DNA of 64,000 nucleotides, taken from assembly GCA_012837425.1 (NCBI GenBank), contig DURE01000006.1, positions 11,462 to 75,461 on the forward strand. Direction: 5' to 3'. The position numbers and the translations under genes were made by a program. Each line of letters begins with the position of its first letter. Position 1 is the first letter of the stretch. Source of the DNA: Clostridiales bacterium (lineage in GTDB: Bacteria > Bacillota > Clostridia > Oscillospirales > CAG-272). Shown here piece by piece: positions 29,266-40,960 of this stretch. Below the pieces are notes generated by a model. That model ran no database searches, was not told the origin of the DNA, and was given only the letters and a program-made list of their open reading frames with translations.

Positions 29266-29277
29266 CGGAACGTTCCG
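29266..29277. promoter_or_regulatory. Candidate LacI-family operator O1
   Basis: Perfect palindrome CGGAACGTTCCG upstream of the SBP gene. Confidence 0.8.
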
Positions 29278-29422
29278 CATGGCTAAATACAGCACTATTT
29301 TAGTGTGGTTATACGGGTTGCTTAGGTTGGTTTCAGCCGATTTTACTGTCACATTTAATAATACGCAGCTATCCGGCACCATTTGCTTCTCTTGGTCGGA
29401 CAGGTTGGTGTTTTCTAAATTG

Positions 29423-29434
29423 CGGAACGTTCCG
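29423..29434. promoter_or_regulatory. Candidate LacI-family operator O2
   Basis: Identical palindrome CGGAACGTTCCG 157 bp from O1. Confidence 0.8.
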
Positions 29435-29448
29435 AATGACTTCATTTA

Positions 29449-30525
29449 TTAACAGCTCATCGGCCTTATGCCGCTGAGTTGAGAAGCCTTAGTCGTGAGC
29501 TTTTTTACCGAGTCGCGCACGGTAAGCACCGGTTCGATAAACCGGCTTACCGGAAAGCTCTTGTCGTTGCCGGCAAGGCGCTCAAGCAGCAGCTCGGCCG
29601 CCCTGTCGCCGGTTTTTTCTTTTTGTATATTTATCGCTGTCAGTGCCGGCGAGGCGTAGCTGTACATAACCGAGTCTTCGTGCCCGATTATCGAAATATC
29701 GTCGGGTATGCGTATTCTGTGCTCATAGAGATAACGCAGAACTCCCATTGTGATTGACACGTTGGCGGTTATCAGCCCCGTGGGATTAGCGCCGCTTGTG
29801 AGTAGCTGCCCGGCCGCTATATATCCGCTGGACCCGGTGTTGTCCCTGCAGTCGACAACCAGCGACCTGTCAATCTCAAGTCCGACTTCGGCCAAAGCCC
29901 GCCGATAACCCTCAAACCGCTCGACATTTGAGGTGAAATTCGGGGCGCAGTTGACCAGCCCAATACGCCGGTGGCCGTTTACATAGAGGTGCTTTGCTGC
30001 AAGGTAGACCGACTGCGGCACATCAACCCGGATTGAATCATATTCAGAGCAGGTCCGACCCACCGCCACTACCGGTATGTTCCGCTCTTTCAGCACCCGC
30101 CTGACGACCAGCGGCATTTCAAGCGCGCCGATAACAAACAGCCCGTCAATCCGGTTGTCGGTAAACATCGGGGGCAGAACCGTCTCCCCGGGGGTCATGT
30201 ACGAGGTCATAAGCCCGTATCTGGTAGTGCTGAGCCGCGCGATAATCCCCCGGCTGATGTCCTGCGAGTAAACGCCGGTCTCCTGAGCAAACTGGTAATC
30301 CAAGCTGCGCTTGTCGGCGTGAACAATCAGCGCGCCGAGAATGTTGGTCCTCCCCTGCACGAAGTTGCGTGCCGTGAAGTTCGGAACGTATTTCAGCTCC
30401 CTAATTGTGTCAAGCACCAACTGACGTGTTTCTTCTTTAACCCCGCTCCGCCCGCATATCACGGCCGATACGGTGGTTTTGGAGACACCAGCTGCGCGGG
30501 CAACGTCAATTATTGTTACCGGCAT
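29449..30525 (-). CDS. LacI-family transcriptional regulator
   Basis: TIIDVARAAGVSKTTVS HTH, Y.PN..AR hinge, IPDDISIIG. Confidence 0.95.
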   Translation of the reverse strand: MPVTIIDVARAAGVSKTTVSAVICGRSGVKEETRQLVLDTIRELKYVPNFTARNFVQGRTNILGALIVHADKRSLDYQFAQETGVYSQDISRGIIARLSTTRYGLMTSYMTPGETVLPPMFTDNRIDGLFVIGALEMPLVVRRVLKERNIPVVAVGRTCSEYDSIRVDVPQSVYLAAKHLYVNGHRRIGLVNCAPNFTSNVERFEGYRRALAEVGLEIDRSLVVDCRDNTGSSGYIAAGQLLTSGANPTGLITANVSITMGVLRYLYEHRIRIPDDISIIGHEDSVMYSYASPALTAINIQKEKTGDRAAELLLERLAGNDKSFPVSRFIEPVLTVRDSVKKLTTKASQLSGIRPMSC

Positions 30526-30541
30526 GACAAAGCCTCCATCA

Positions 30542-30586
30542 GGAACGTTCCGGCCTCATAATATCACAGTTATCTTAATCTGTCAA
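30542..30586 (-). promoter_or_regulatory. lacI-gene promoter with overlapping autoregulatory operator O3
   Basis: TTGACA (30581-86)-17 nt-TATTAT (30558-63) with TGn extension; GGAACGTTCC at 30542-30551 near the predicted +1. Confidence 0.75.
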
Positions 30587-30776
30587 TATGCATGTTTTAT
30601 AATTATTGTGCAGTTTGTTTATACAATATTTCAAAAGCCGGCCGATCTGCCGGGGATATTCTGTGTTATAATGCACATGAAGGCCGATTTTTCTCCTCAA
30701 CATGTTACTTTTTTCTCCTTCATTACGAATGCTGTATATGGAAGCGCTTCCCGCAACTGTATTCGGAGGTAACCCG

Positions 30777-31037
30777 ATGACCGATGAAGAATTGCTGCAT
30801 GCCTTAAAAAACAACCCGAACGAGGGGCTGGAGCTCGCTATGCGGCGATATACCGGCTTGGTTTATACAATTGTGTACGGCCGGATTTCGGCGGTCGGCA
30901 CGCCCGAGGACACCGAAGAGCTGGTAGCCGACGTGTTTGTCGAGCTCTGGCGCAGCCGTGAGAATGGCGATAATGATTATCGGAATGACCGCACAGTCGG
31001 GCTTCAGTTTCTTCTGGTTCGGAAGATCGGGCATTGA
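30777..31037 (+). pseudogene. Truncated ECF sigma-70 factor (start of region 2 only)
   Basis: GGAGG RBS; MTDEELL..Y.GLVY.IV..EDTEELVADVFVELWR; similarity stops at about 30963 and region 4 is absent. Confidence 0.75.
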
Positions 31038-31947
31038 AACCACCGAAATTGTCGACGGCGACACTTCAGGGTTTTATTCGCTGACCTCGCCGGTGGAGCT
31101 GAAGGGCGGCATACTGCGCTATGCCTTTGTTGCACCCAACCCAGACGGCACCTGCTCGCTCACACTGTATGCCGAGGCGCCGGGGATGAGCTCCCGTGAC
31201 TATTTGAAATGCTATATAACGCTGCCCGACGGCAATGATTATCACCCGGGGCGCGAAAACATACAGGCCGGCGGCTTCGGCGGGGGCAGTGTCAGCAGGG
31301 TCTGTGTAATAGCCTTTTTCAAGGAGCTTCGCTTGGACGCCGGGAAGAGTTTTGATTTTATCCTGCATCTGACCGGCGATGAGACTGCCGACCAGATAAG
31401 CCTTCCGGCTGCCGACAGTTCGATCTTTGAGAACCGGCTCTCAAGTGTGAGCTGGAATGGTATAAAAATCAGCGCCATTACCCTCGGCGGAGACTTCAAC
31501 GGTGTTCTTGTAAATCATGAACTTGACCCCGACAAATGCGAGCTGCCGGAACTAAAGAAAATACTTGACCTGGCCCGTGACGAGAAAAATAAAGTGCGTA
31601 TCAAAATGCTCGAACACCTATGCACATCAGACGGTCTCGGCATGAGCCGCTCGGGTATGGGCAGGGGCGGAATGCACAGCTGGAACTACTCTTTGTCCAT
31701 CCCTTACGACCCTGATAAAAAGCCAGACCATATCAAATGTGATTTTATATTCCTGGGGTTAATAAACCCGGACAGCGGCGAGGACTTTGACGGCACGCTC
31801 GGAATTGACCTCGACAAGCTGGCCGCGGAGTGTATAGAATACGGTATTACAACCGATTTTAAAAGTAAAAGTGGCGAAAGTGTACCGAGCGGGTGCACAA
31901 CAATTGTCCTTGACCTGGACAATCCGATAATCCTACCACTCAAGTAA
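30964..31947 (+). CDS. Hypothetical protein, probably the C-terminal (TM plus extracellular) remnant of an anti-sigma factor
   Basis: Long ORF starting with hydrophobic MAIMIIGMTAQ at the sigma breakpoint; no clear RBS. Confidence 0.5.
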   Translation: MAIMIIGMTAQSGFSFFWFGRSGIETTEIVDGDTSGFYSLTSPVELKGGILRYAFVAPNPDGTCSLTLYAEAPGMSSRDYLKCYITLPDGNDYHPGRENIQAGGFGGGSVSRVCVIAFFKELRLDAGKSFDFILHLTGDETADQISLPAADSSIFENRLSSVSWNGIKISAITLGGDFNGVLVNHELDPDKCELPELKKILDLARDEKNKVRIKMLEHLCTSDGLGMSRSGMGRGGMHSWNYSLSIPYDPDKKPDHIKCDFIFLGLINPDSGEDFDGTLGIDLDKLAAECIEYGITTDFKSKSGESVPSGCTTIVLDLDNPIILPLK

Positions 31948-32066
31948 AAACAGAAAACACCCCCGGGGCAAAACAACCCCGGGGCTCATTTTATACCGGG
32001 CGGCTGTATACGATACCATATTCGGGAGGACAATAAAAACAAAAGAAAAATTTGTGAGGGCAAAAT

Positions 32067-33815
32067 ATGAGCAACCGCCTGATAAACGAAAAGTCCCCCT
32101 ATCTCTTGCAGCACGCCGAAAACCCGGTCGACTGGTACCCCTGGGGCGAGGAGGCAAAGGAGCGGGCACTGGCCGAGGACAAGCCGCTCTTCCTCAGCAT
32201 TGGCTACAGCGCCTGCCACTGGTGCCACGTGATAGCCCGCGAGTCATTCTCGGATAATGAGGTGGCCGAGGTTCTGAACCGACATTTCGTGCCGGTAAAG
32301 GTCGACCGCGAGGAGCGCCCCGACCTCGACAGCGTCTACATGTCGGCCTGCCAAGCACTTAGCGGCTCGGGCGGCTGGCCGCTGACGATACTTGCGCTGC
32401 CCGACGGCCGCCCCTTTTATGCCGCCACATACCTGCCGAAGGAGACCCTGCTCAAGCTCCTGAGAACCTGTGCTCAGCGATGGGAGGTTGAGCGGAGCTG
32501 GTTTTACGGCATCGCCAAAAGCCTCACCGAGGCGCTGAACCAGTCAAGGTGCAAATCAGCTTCCCGGGCGCGAGAGTCTGAGCCCGAGGAGCTTGCGGCC
32601 TCGGCATACCGCCAACTCTCGGACAGCTATGACCCGAGGTGGGGCGGTTTCGGCTCTGCCCCAAAATTCCCCACCCCGCACAATATTCTCTTTTTGCTCG
32701 ACTATTTCCGCGACACCGGCGAGGAGCAGGCGCTCAAGATGGCCGACCGCACGCTTGAGGCCATGTACCGCGGCGGGATTTATGACCATATCGGCGGCGG
32801 CTTCTGCCGCTACTCCACCGATAAAATGTGGCTGGTGCCGCATTTTGAGAAGATGCTCTATGATAACGCGCTGCTGCTCTGGGCATACGCCGACGCCTAT
32901 ATGCTCACCGGGCGGCCGCTTTTCGGTTTTGCCGGCGAGTCCACCGCCGACTATGTCCTGCGCGAGCTGACCGGACCCGACGGCGGGTTTTATAGCAGCC
33001 AGGACGCCGACACGGGCGGCGAGGAGGGCGGGTTTTACACCCTGACCCCAAGCGAAATCAAAGCTACTTTGGGTGAGGAAGACGGCCGACGCTTTTGCGA
33101 GTGGTTTGACATCACCGAGCGGGGCAACATATCGGGCAAAAGCATCCCGAACCTCATTCACAACCCGGAGTTTGAGGACGAACCAGAGGAAATTTCTCTG
33201 CTGCGGCACAAAATCTACGAATGGCGCCTGCAGCGGGCAAAACCCGGGCTTGACGACAAGGTACTGACCTCTTGGAATGCGCTGATGGTCTGCGGGCTGG
33301 TGAAGGCCGCCGAGGCCTTCGGGAGAGGCGACTACCTCACAGCGGCCGGCCGTGCGGCAGACTATATCATGTCAAACCTCCGCTCCCCCGACGGCCGGCT
33401 CTGTATCCGGCGGCGGGAGGGCGAGTCATTCGGCGCCGGAATTGACGCCGACTACGCTGCGACCGCGCTCGCGCTACTGCTGCTCGGTCGCGACGATGAG
33501 GCCGCGGCGCTATCCGATATTCTGCTCAAGCATTTCTTCGACCATGACGCCGGCGGCCTTTACCTGTATGCCGACGACGCCGAGAAGCTCTTTATCCGAC
33601 CAAAGGAGACTTACGACGGGGCGATCCCCTCGGGCAACTCGATTTTCCAAAGGGTACTCGCGGAACTGTATAAAAGAACTAAAGACGAAAAATGGCGGTG
33701 GGCATATATAAAGCAGCTCGGCTTTATCTGCTCGGCTGCCGCGCGTTATCCCCTCGCCTGCGCCTTTGCGCTACGCTACAAAACGTCGGTAAAGTTGTTA
33801 GATATTAGATATTAG
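32067..33815 (+). CDS. YyaL/SSP411 (thioredoxin-like DUF255 plus alpha/alpha toroid) family protein
   Basis: [56 protein letters not shown]. Confidence 0.92.
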   Translation: MSNRLINEKSPYLLQHAENPVDWYPWGEEAKERALAEDKPLFLSIGYSACHWCHVIARESFSDNEVAEVLNRHFVPVKVDREERPDLDSVYMSACQALSGSGGWPLTILALPDGRPFYAATYLPKETLLKLLRTCAQRWEVERSWFYGIAKSLTEALNQSRCKSASRARESEPEELAASAYRQLSDSYDPRWGGFGSAPKFPTPHNILFLLDYFRDTGEEQALKMADRTLEAMYRGGIYDHIGGGFCRYSTDKMWLVPHFEKMLYDNALLLWAYADAYMLTGRPLFGFAGESTADYVLRELTGPDGGFYSSQDADTGGEEGGFYTLTPSEIKATLGEEDGRRFCEWFDITERGNISGKSIPNLIHNPEFEDEPEEISLLRHKIYEWRLQRAKPGLDDKVLTSWNALMVCGLVKAAEAFGRGDYLTAAGRAADYIMSNLRSPDGRLCIRRREGESFGAGIDADYAATALALLLLGRDDEAAALSDILLKHFFDHDAGGLYLYADDAEKLFIRPKETYDGAIPSGNSIFQRVLAELYKRTKDEKWRWAYIKQLGFICSAAARYPLACAFALRYKTSVKLLDIRY

Positions 33816-33825
33816 ATATTAGACA
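33798..33825 (+). repeat. Heptamer tandem repeat (TTAGATA)x3 plus TTAGACA
   Basis: Read directly; contains the stop codon of the upstream gene. Confidence 0.85.
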
Positions 33826-33865
33826 ATAGTAGATACGAAAGGTGCGGCGCAAGCGCTTAAAAAAC

Positions 33866-33903
33866 AGGGCTGACGCAAATGTTTCGGTTTGCGCCAGCCC
33901 TTT
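33866..33903. terminator. Bidirectional terminator
   Basis: agggctgacgcaaa...tttgcgccagccct hairpin between convergent genes. Confidence 0.65.
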
Positions 33904-33909
33904 GGATTA

Positions 33910-34986
33910 TCAATAGGGATAATCGGATTTGTTAACCAAATATATTGAGTAATACTCGCTCCGCTCGGTTCTGTTCGCAACAGTCCTCCCCTCGGTAAAT
34001 ACCCTGCAAACAAGGTAGTATGCCCCGATAGGTAATTTCGTCAGCTCGGCAAGCGAGGCAATATTGCGCTCGGTCTCAAGGCCGATGTCAAGCAGCAGAT
34101 ACTCAACACTCTTTACGTTGTACTTCGGCGCGACATAAAGCTCTATCTCGTCTGCAATCATAACTGCCGGTATCTGGTCCCGGTTCATTTCAATCAGTGT
34201 TTTGTATCGCAGTCCGTCGGCTGCTATCCACAACCCCTGAGCGTCGTCATATGACGTAGCCCAGGCTAGCGACCAGAACCCCTCGGTATAGTAGGGCTTT
34301 CCGTCGTATCTTTTATATGTTCCGGAGAACATGCCGGCATCATTTATTTCCTCCTGCCCGGCGCGGAAGGCGGCCGAGGTGGCGGAGCCGCTTTCGTCTT
34401 TTATAACCGAAATCTGCTCCTTTGTGTAACCCGCTGGCAGCGGTACCAAATACACAAACCTGCCTAAATCGTCGGTCGAAATAGTAATATAGGGATTAAG
34501 CCTTCTAATATGAATTATAAGCTTGCCGTCTGTTTTGTCTGTATATGTGTAATAAGTATTCGAGCCGCTTGAAGTGCCAACCGGCACCGCCGCAAGCCGC
34601 CCGCCGTCGGCAAAGAACCGCTCGGTGTATTTTCCGCTGGTCATGTCGGTGTACGCGCCGGTGTTGTGGTGCAGGGTGTAGAACCCGCTGGCGCCGATAT
34701 AGTCGTACAGCGCGGTCAAGCCCTCATAGCTGTCAATAATGAAAAATTTTTCGGGTACCGGATTGTTATCCGCCGGATTTTTTAGGGTAAAATAATCATC
34801 AAGGTAATTCCCTATTGAGTCCTCGGGATATCCGGCAGTATCCTGTCCGGATTCCTCATAACTACTGCTTCCGGTTTCCTCAGAGTCGCTGCTCTCGTCT
34901 CCCCCCGGGGGTACGACATCGCACGCAGCCGTGACCATAATCAGGCACAGCAAAAGCAACGCGGTTGTAATCCTGATAAATCCCAT
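33910..34986 (-). CDS. Lipoprotein of unknown function
   Basis: Lipobox TAAC, Ser/Glu-rich linker, then globular domains. Confidence 0.75.
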   Translation of the reverse strand: MGFIRITTALLLLCLIMVTAACDVVPPGGDESSDSEETGSSSYEESGQDTAGYPEDSIGNYLDDYFTLKNPADNNPVPEKFFIIDSYEGLTALYDYIGASGFYTLHHNTGAYTDMTSGKYTERFFADGGRLAAVPVGTSSGSNTYYTYTDKTDGKLIIHIRRLNPYITISTDDLGRFVYLVPLPAGYTKEQISVIKDESGSATSAAFRAGQEEINDAGMFSGTYKRYDGKPYYTEGFWSLAWATSYDDAQGLWIAADGLRYKTLIEMNRDQIPAVMIADEIELYVAPKYNVKSVEYLLLDIGLETERNIASLAELTKLPIGAYYLVCRVFTEGRTVANRTERSEYYSIYLVNKSDYPY

Positions 34987-35085
34987 TATAACAGCACCCC
35001 ATCAATCCTGTATATTGTGTTATACTCATATTATAGCACACATAACCCAGAAAAGCAACAAAAGCACGTTATTTTCACCGTGCTT

Positions 35086-35685
35086 TCAGCTTACGCTTAT
35101 TTTCTTCAGTATTTTGGATAGCGGGAGCACCAATAATCCGGCCGCTAGATTCCCCGCCGCGTGAACCAGGTCAAACGGAAGCCCCGCTACAATCCAGGCA
35201 ATCATCTGGCTGAAGTTCAGCCCGAACAATAGGGCCTGCGAGGGGGCGCAGAGCGCGCCAAAAATCAGCCCGTGCAGGCTGCAGACAAGCGGGTAGGCAA
35301 AAGCCGCGGCAAGGTCGGAAATATTCCTCGGCAGGAGCATTGTCATGCCCCACAAAACCGTCCAGACATAAAAATACGGCACTACCGAGAGCGCAAAGCC
35401 GTAATACAGAGCGGTCAGCATGACATAAATGTAAATCGGAATCAGCGCGCGGCAGCGGTATGTGAGGGTTAGTAGCATCGTAAACATGCCGATCAGATGT
35501 ACATTGGGCAGAGCGTCGAGCAGCAGGTCCGAGCAGAACATCATCGCCCCGGCCATCGAGAAGACCGCCATGTCGCGCAGCTTTCGCGGATAGCGCAGGG
35601 CACGTCCCGGACTCCCCGCCGCCCTGTCCGGGATTGCCTGTTTCCTGGCGTCTTTTGTTTTACCCTTTTGTGTAAACCAGCGCAT
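35086..35685 (-). CDS. ECF transporter S component, probably CbrT-like (cobalamin); start codon uncertain
   Basis: About six TM segments, LPNV motif, downstream of a cobalamin riboswitch. Confidence 0.7.
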   Translation of the reverse strand: MRWFTQKGKTKDARKQAIPDRAAGSPGRALRYPRKLRDMAVFSMAGAMMFCSDLLLDALPNVHLIGMFTMLLTLTYRCRALIPIYIYVMLTALYYGFALSVVPYFYVWTVLWGMTMLLPRNISDLAAAFAYPLVCSLHGLIFGALCAPSQALLFGLNFSQMIAWIVAGLPFDLVHAAGNLAAGLLVLPLSKILKKISVS

Positions 35686-36094
35686 AATTCTCGCCGTCGG
35701 CAATTTCGGTACTGTCGGCGCCCGACATTGCATATTCGCCGTTCTTGTACAGCGCCCAGTATGCGCCGTCTTTGTCGTAATCTGCCCGGATACCGTTTAC
35801 CACTAAAATCATGAGCCCGTAGGCGGTGTCCTCGCCCCCGACCAGGTTGTGCTCAGCAAGCGCGTCGGCCAGCACTGTTTTGTCGGTTTTGATTGTCAGC
35901 TCAATTGACTTTTCGCCGGCCTCAACCCGCAAGACTATTGTGGTCGCCCCGCTGCCGAGCGTCTTGTTCTCGGTGTAAACAGCGTTTTCCCAGAGCTCGG
36001 GCTGCTCCTTTTTGGCACAGGAAACCATGACAAGCAGAATTAGAATGCACAATGCCGCCGCCGATATGCGGGTGATAATGTGGTTCTTTTTCAT
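35660..36094 (-). CDS. DUF4430 domain lipoprotein (transcobalamin-C-like, putative B12 binding)
   Basis: Lipobox MVSC; YG.MI..VNG..AD....YWALY.NGE....GA. Confidence 0.85.
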   Translation of the reverse strand: MKKNHIITRISAAALCILILLVMVSCAKKEQPELWENAVYTENKTLGSGATTIVLRVEAGEKSIELTIKTDKTVLADALAEHNLVGGEDTAYGLMILVVNGIRADYDKDGAYWALYKNGEYAMSGADSTEIADGENYALVYTKG

Positions 36095-36285
36095 TCGATG
36101 ATACTCCTTATATAGGTTTTTATCTGAATGAAAAGTGACAGCGCCCCTCCGTCAGTTCTGGAGGGACGCCGCAACTGCCCGACTGCGGCGGCGGCCGCAG
36201 ACAGGCTTGTGCAGCGCTCTCCCGTCGACCGGCATAAGCCGGCTACCTGACATTTGCCCAAGAGCGACATCACATATCACGGCCC

Positions 36286-36366
36286 GATAAGTATTCCGGC
36301 TTGCGGGGTCCAAGCCCGTATACGGCAATGGCTGTTGCGGCGGATTTTCACCGCGCTTTCCTTATC
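36286..36366 (-). ncRNA. Cobalamin riboswitch aptamer, compact (class II / variant-like)
   Basis: - strand GATAAGGAAAGCGCGGTGAAAATCCGCCGCAACAGCCATTGCCGTA...AAGCCGGAATACTTATC with closing GATAAG/CTTATC helix; upstream of DUF4430 and the S component. Confidence 0.8.
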
Positions 36367-36762
36367 TCCGAACTCCGGCCTCGGGTGCCGGGTCCGGCTG
36401 CGCCTGGGGCGCCGAGCCGTGTTTCATTGTCTGATATATGATACCATAAAATATCTCTAAAAGCAATAAGAAATTAAAACAATCAACATATCTTTTTACT
36501 GAAATAAAAAAGAGCCAAAGACTGGCAGTGAACCTTGGGCTCCAATTGCCCAACATTTTAACTAGCTTTGACTCTGATATTATTGTACGCATATCTAATT
36601 TGTTTGTCGATATGCAAAAACAGAAATACGCTTATACCTGGCTCACAGAATGTGTCATTCAGCCGGTGCGTAAATGGCAGCAGGGCGCGGGATATGAGCG
36701 TCCGCGTGCAGTATTAGATATTTGAATGTTGAAGTTTTTTGAGGATTGGCATAGCCCCCATG

Positions 36763-36836
36763 AAAAAAGCGGGGCGCCGCGGGCAGAGCCTCCGCGCCCC
36801 GCAAAAAAGCCCCGCAGGAGATGCCGCGGGGCTTAA
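36763..36836 (-). terminator. Tandem intrinsic terminators
   Basis: aagccccgc...gcggggctt and gcggggcg...cgccccgc hairpins, each followed by T-runs on the - strand. Confidence 0.7.
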
Positions 36837-36850
36837 AATGTACTACTTGT

Positions 36851-37810
36851 CTATCTTTTCTTTTTGCGGACGCCACAGGCTGCGAATGCAAGCAGAGCGA
36901 CAACTCCGGTACTCCCGGCCATCAGAGAGCCGCAGCCCTTTTTCTCGGGTGCCTTGGTGGTTTCGGGGGCTTTGGTGGTTTCCCCGCCGGGGCCGGCTGT
37001 CGTGGTTTCTTGAGGTGTTGTGTCGGCCTTGCTGGTTTCGGGGGGCTTGGTGGTTCCGGGGGCTTCTGTAGTGGTCTCGGGAGGCGCCGTGGTGTCGGAC
37101 AGCTTCTCGCCCGAAACCGTCATCCCTTTATAAATCATGATATCGCTTACAATAGCGTTCTGGGTGTAGTAGGAGTAAAAATAAATTCCGAGATTGTCGT
37201 TAGCAAAAATGAGAATTTCGCCGGGGTATGACTCGTCGACAAGCTGATATTCGCCTTTTCTGTCCATGATGAAAAGCCTGAGTGTTAAATCCCGGCCGTT
37301 TACCTCAACGGCATAGTGCTGGGGAGTGCCGTCATTGTCGATGCCGGGTATGTCAAACCCCATAGTCTCGTACTTTATGTACCCGTGCGCACCGAGCGAT
37401 GAGGCTCCGTTCATTATCCGGTACTGCTCGGCATACCCGTAAACGCCGTATATACCGTCTACATACAGGCCGAAGCAGGCCTTTTCATTGCGCGTGACGG
37501 TAAACTTGATGGTGTAGGCATTGTTTTCGCCGAGTGGGAAGCCTTCAACCTCCCCACCAAGCCAGTTTTGGGCAGAGTTGTTTCCGCCACAAATATTGGC
37601 GGTTTTTTCATCGATTACGGTCATCTGAAGGTCGCCCATAATTTTCACAGGCTGCCAGAACTGGTCGGTGTTCATATTTACGGTATAAAGCAGGTCTCCG
37701 TCGGCGGCAGGCGTGTAGAAATCAAGCGTGGTGGCCGAGACCGATACCGCAAAGGTCGACATAACAGCAATAAGGCATAGTGCCGAAATGCTCAAAACTG
37801 CTTTCTTCAT
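36851..37810 (-). CDS. Secreted protein of unknown function with Thr/Pro linker and GCxS C-terminal anchor
   Basis: Signal peptide, beta-rich domain, TT(K/A)(A/P)PE repeats, tail KKGCGS-hydrophobic-RKKKR. Confidence 0.85.
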   Translation of the reverse strand: MKKAVLSISALCLIAVMSTFAVSVSATTLDFYTPAADGDLLYTVNMNTDQFWQPVKIMGDLQMTVIDEKTANICGGNNSAQNWLGGEVEGFPLGENNAYTIKFTVTRNEKACFGLYVDGIYGVYGYAEQYRIMNGASSLGAHGYIKYETMGFDIPGIDNDGTPQHYAVEVNGRDLTLRLFIMDRKGEYQLVDESYPGEILIFANDNLGIYFYSYYTQNAIVSDIMIYKGMTVSGEKLSDTTAPPETTTEAPGTTKPPETSKADTTPQETTTAGPGGETTKAPETTKAPEKKGCGSLMAGSTGVVALLAFAACGVRKKKR

Positions 37811-37942
37811 CGAAACATCATCTCCCTTTTATTATTTTTTTTTGAAGGCCTGAGTGTTTACTCACCATGCACAGCATTCAAACTGATTATAGCAGATTAT
37901 TTGTTTGAATACAATAGAAAAATAGAATATACTCTAAATTTT

Positions 37943-40804
<2,862 letters not shown>

Positions 40805-40960
40805 GCCTACCTCATGAAATTGATTCGGGGCGCAGAATCACAAGCGCCCGGTTGTTCTTGTTTCGGAATTATTATAGCACGCAATTTAAAATTTTCAAGC
40901 TGTAATATAAAAAATATATTCCATTATAGGAAATAAAGCGGCCGGACGGCCCGAGGCTTA

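Noticed and set aside
29053-29445. 130-aa ORF between lacI and the SBP gene
   Set aside because: Overlaps the SBP start and both operators; this is regulatory DNA
35940-35960. SGAT in the DUF4430 lipoprotein as an ApbE flavinylation site
   Set aside because: Lacks the upstream Asp and FMN-binding domain context; probably chance
36430-36740. AT-rich stretch with short ORFs as a small gene or toxin
   Set aside because: No RBS or recognisable motif; likely promoter DNA plus decayed sequence
22812-37810. tRNA-Val-anchored genomic island
   Set aside because: No integrase beside the tRNA and no duplicate of its 3' end was noticed; the next gene is the housekeeping manA
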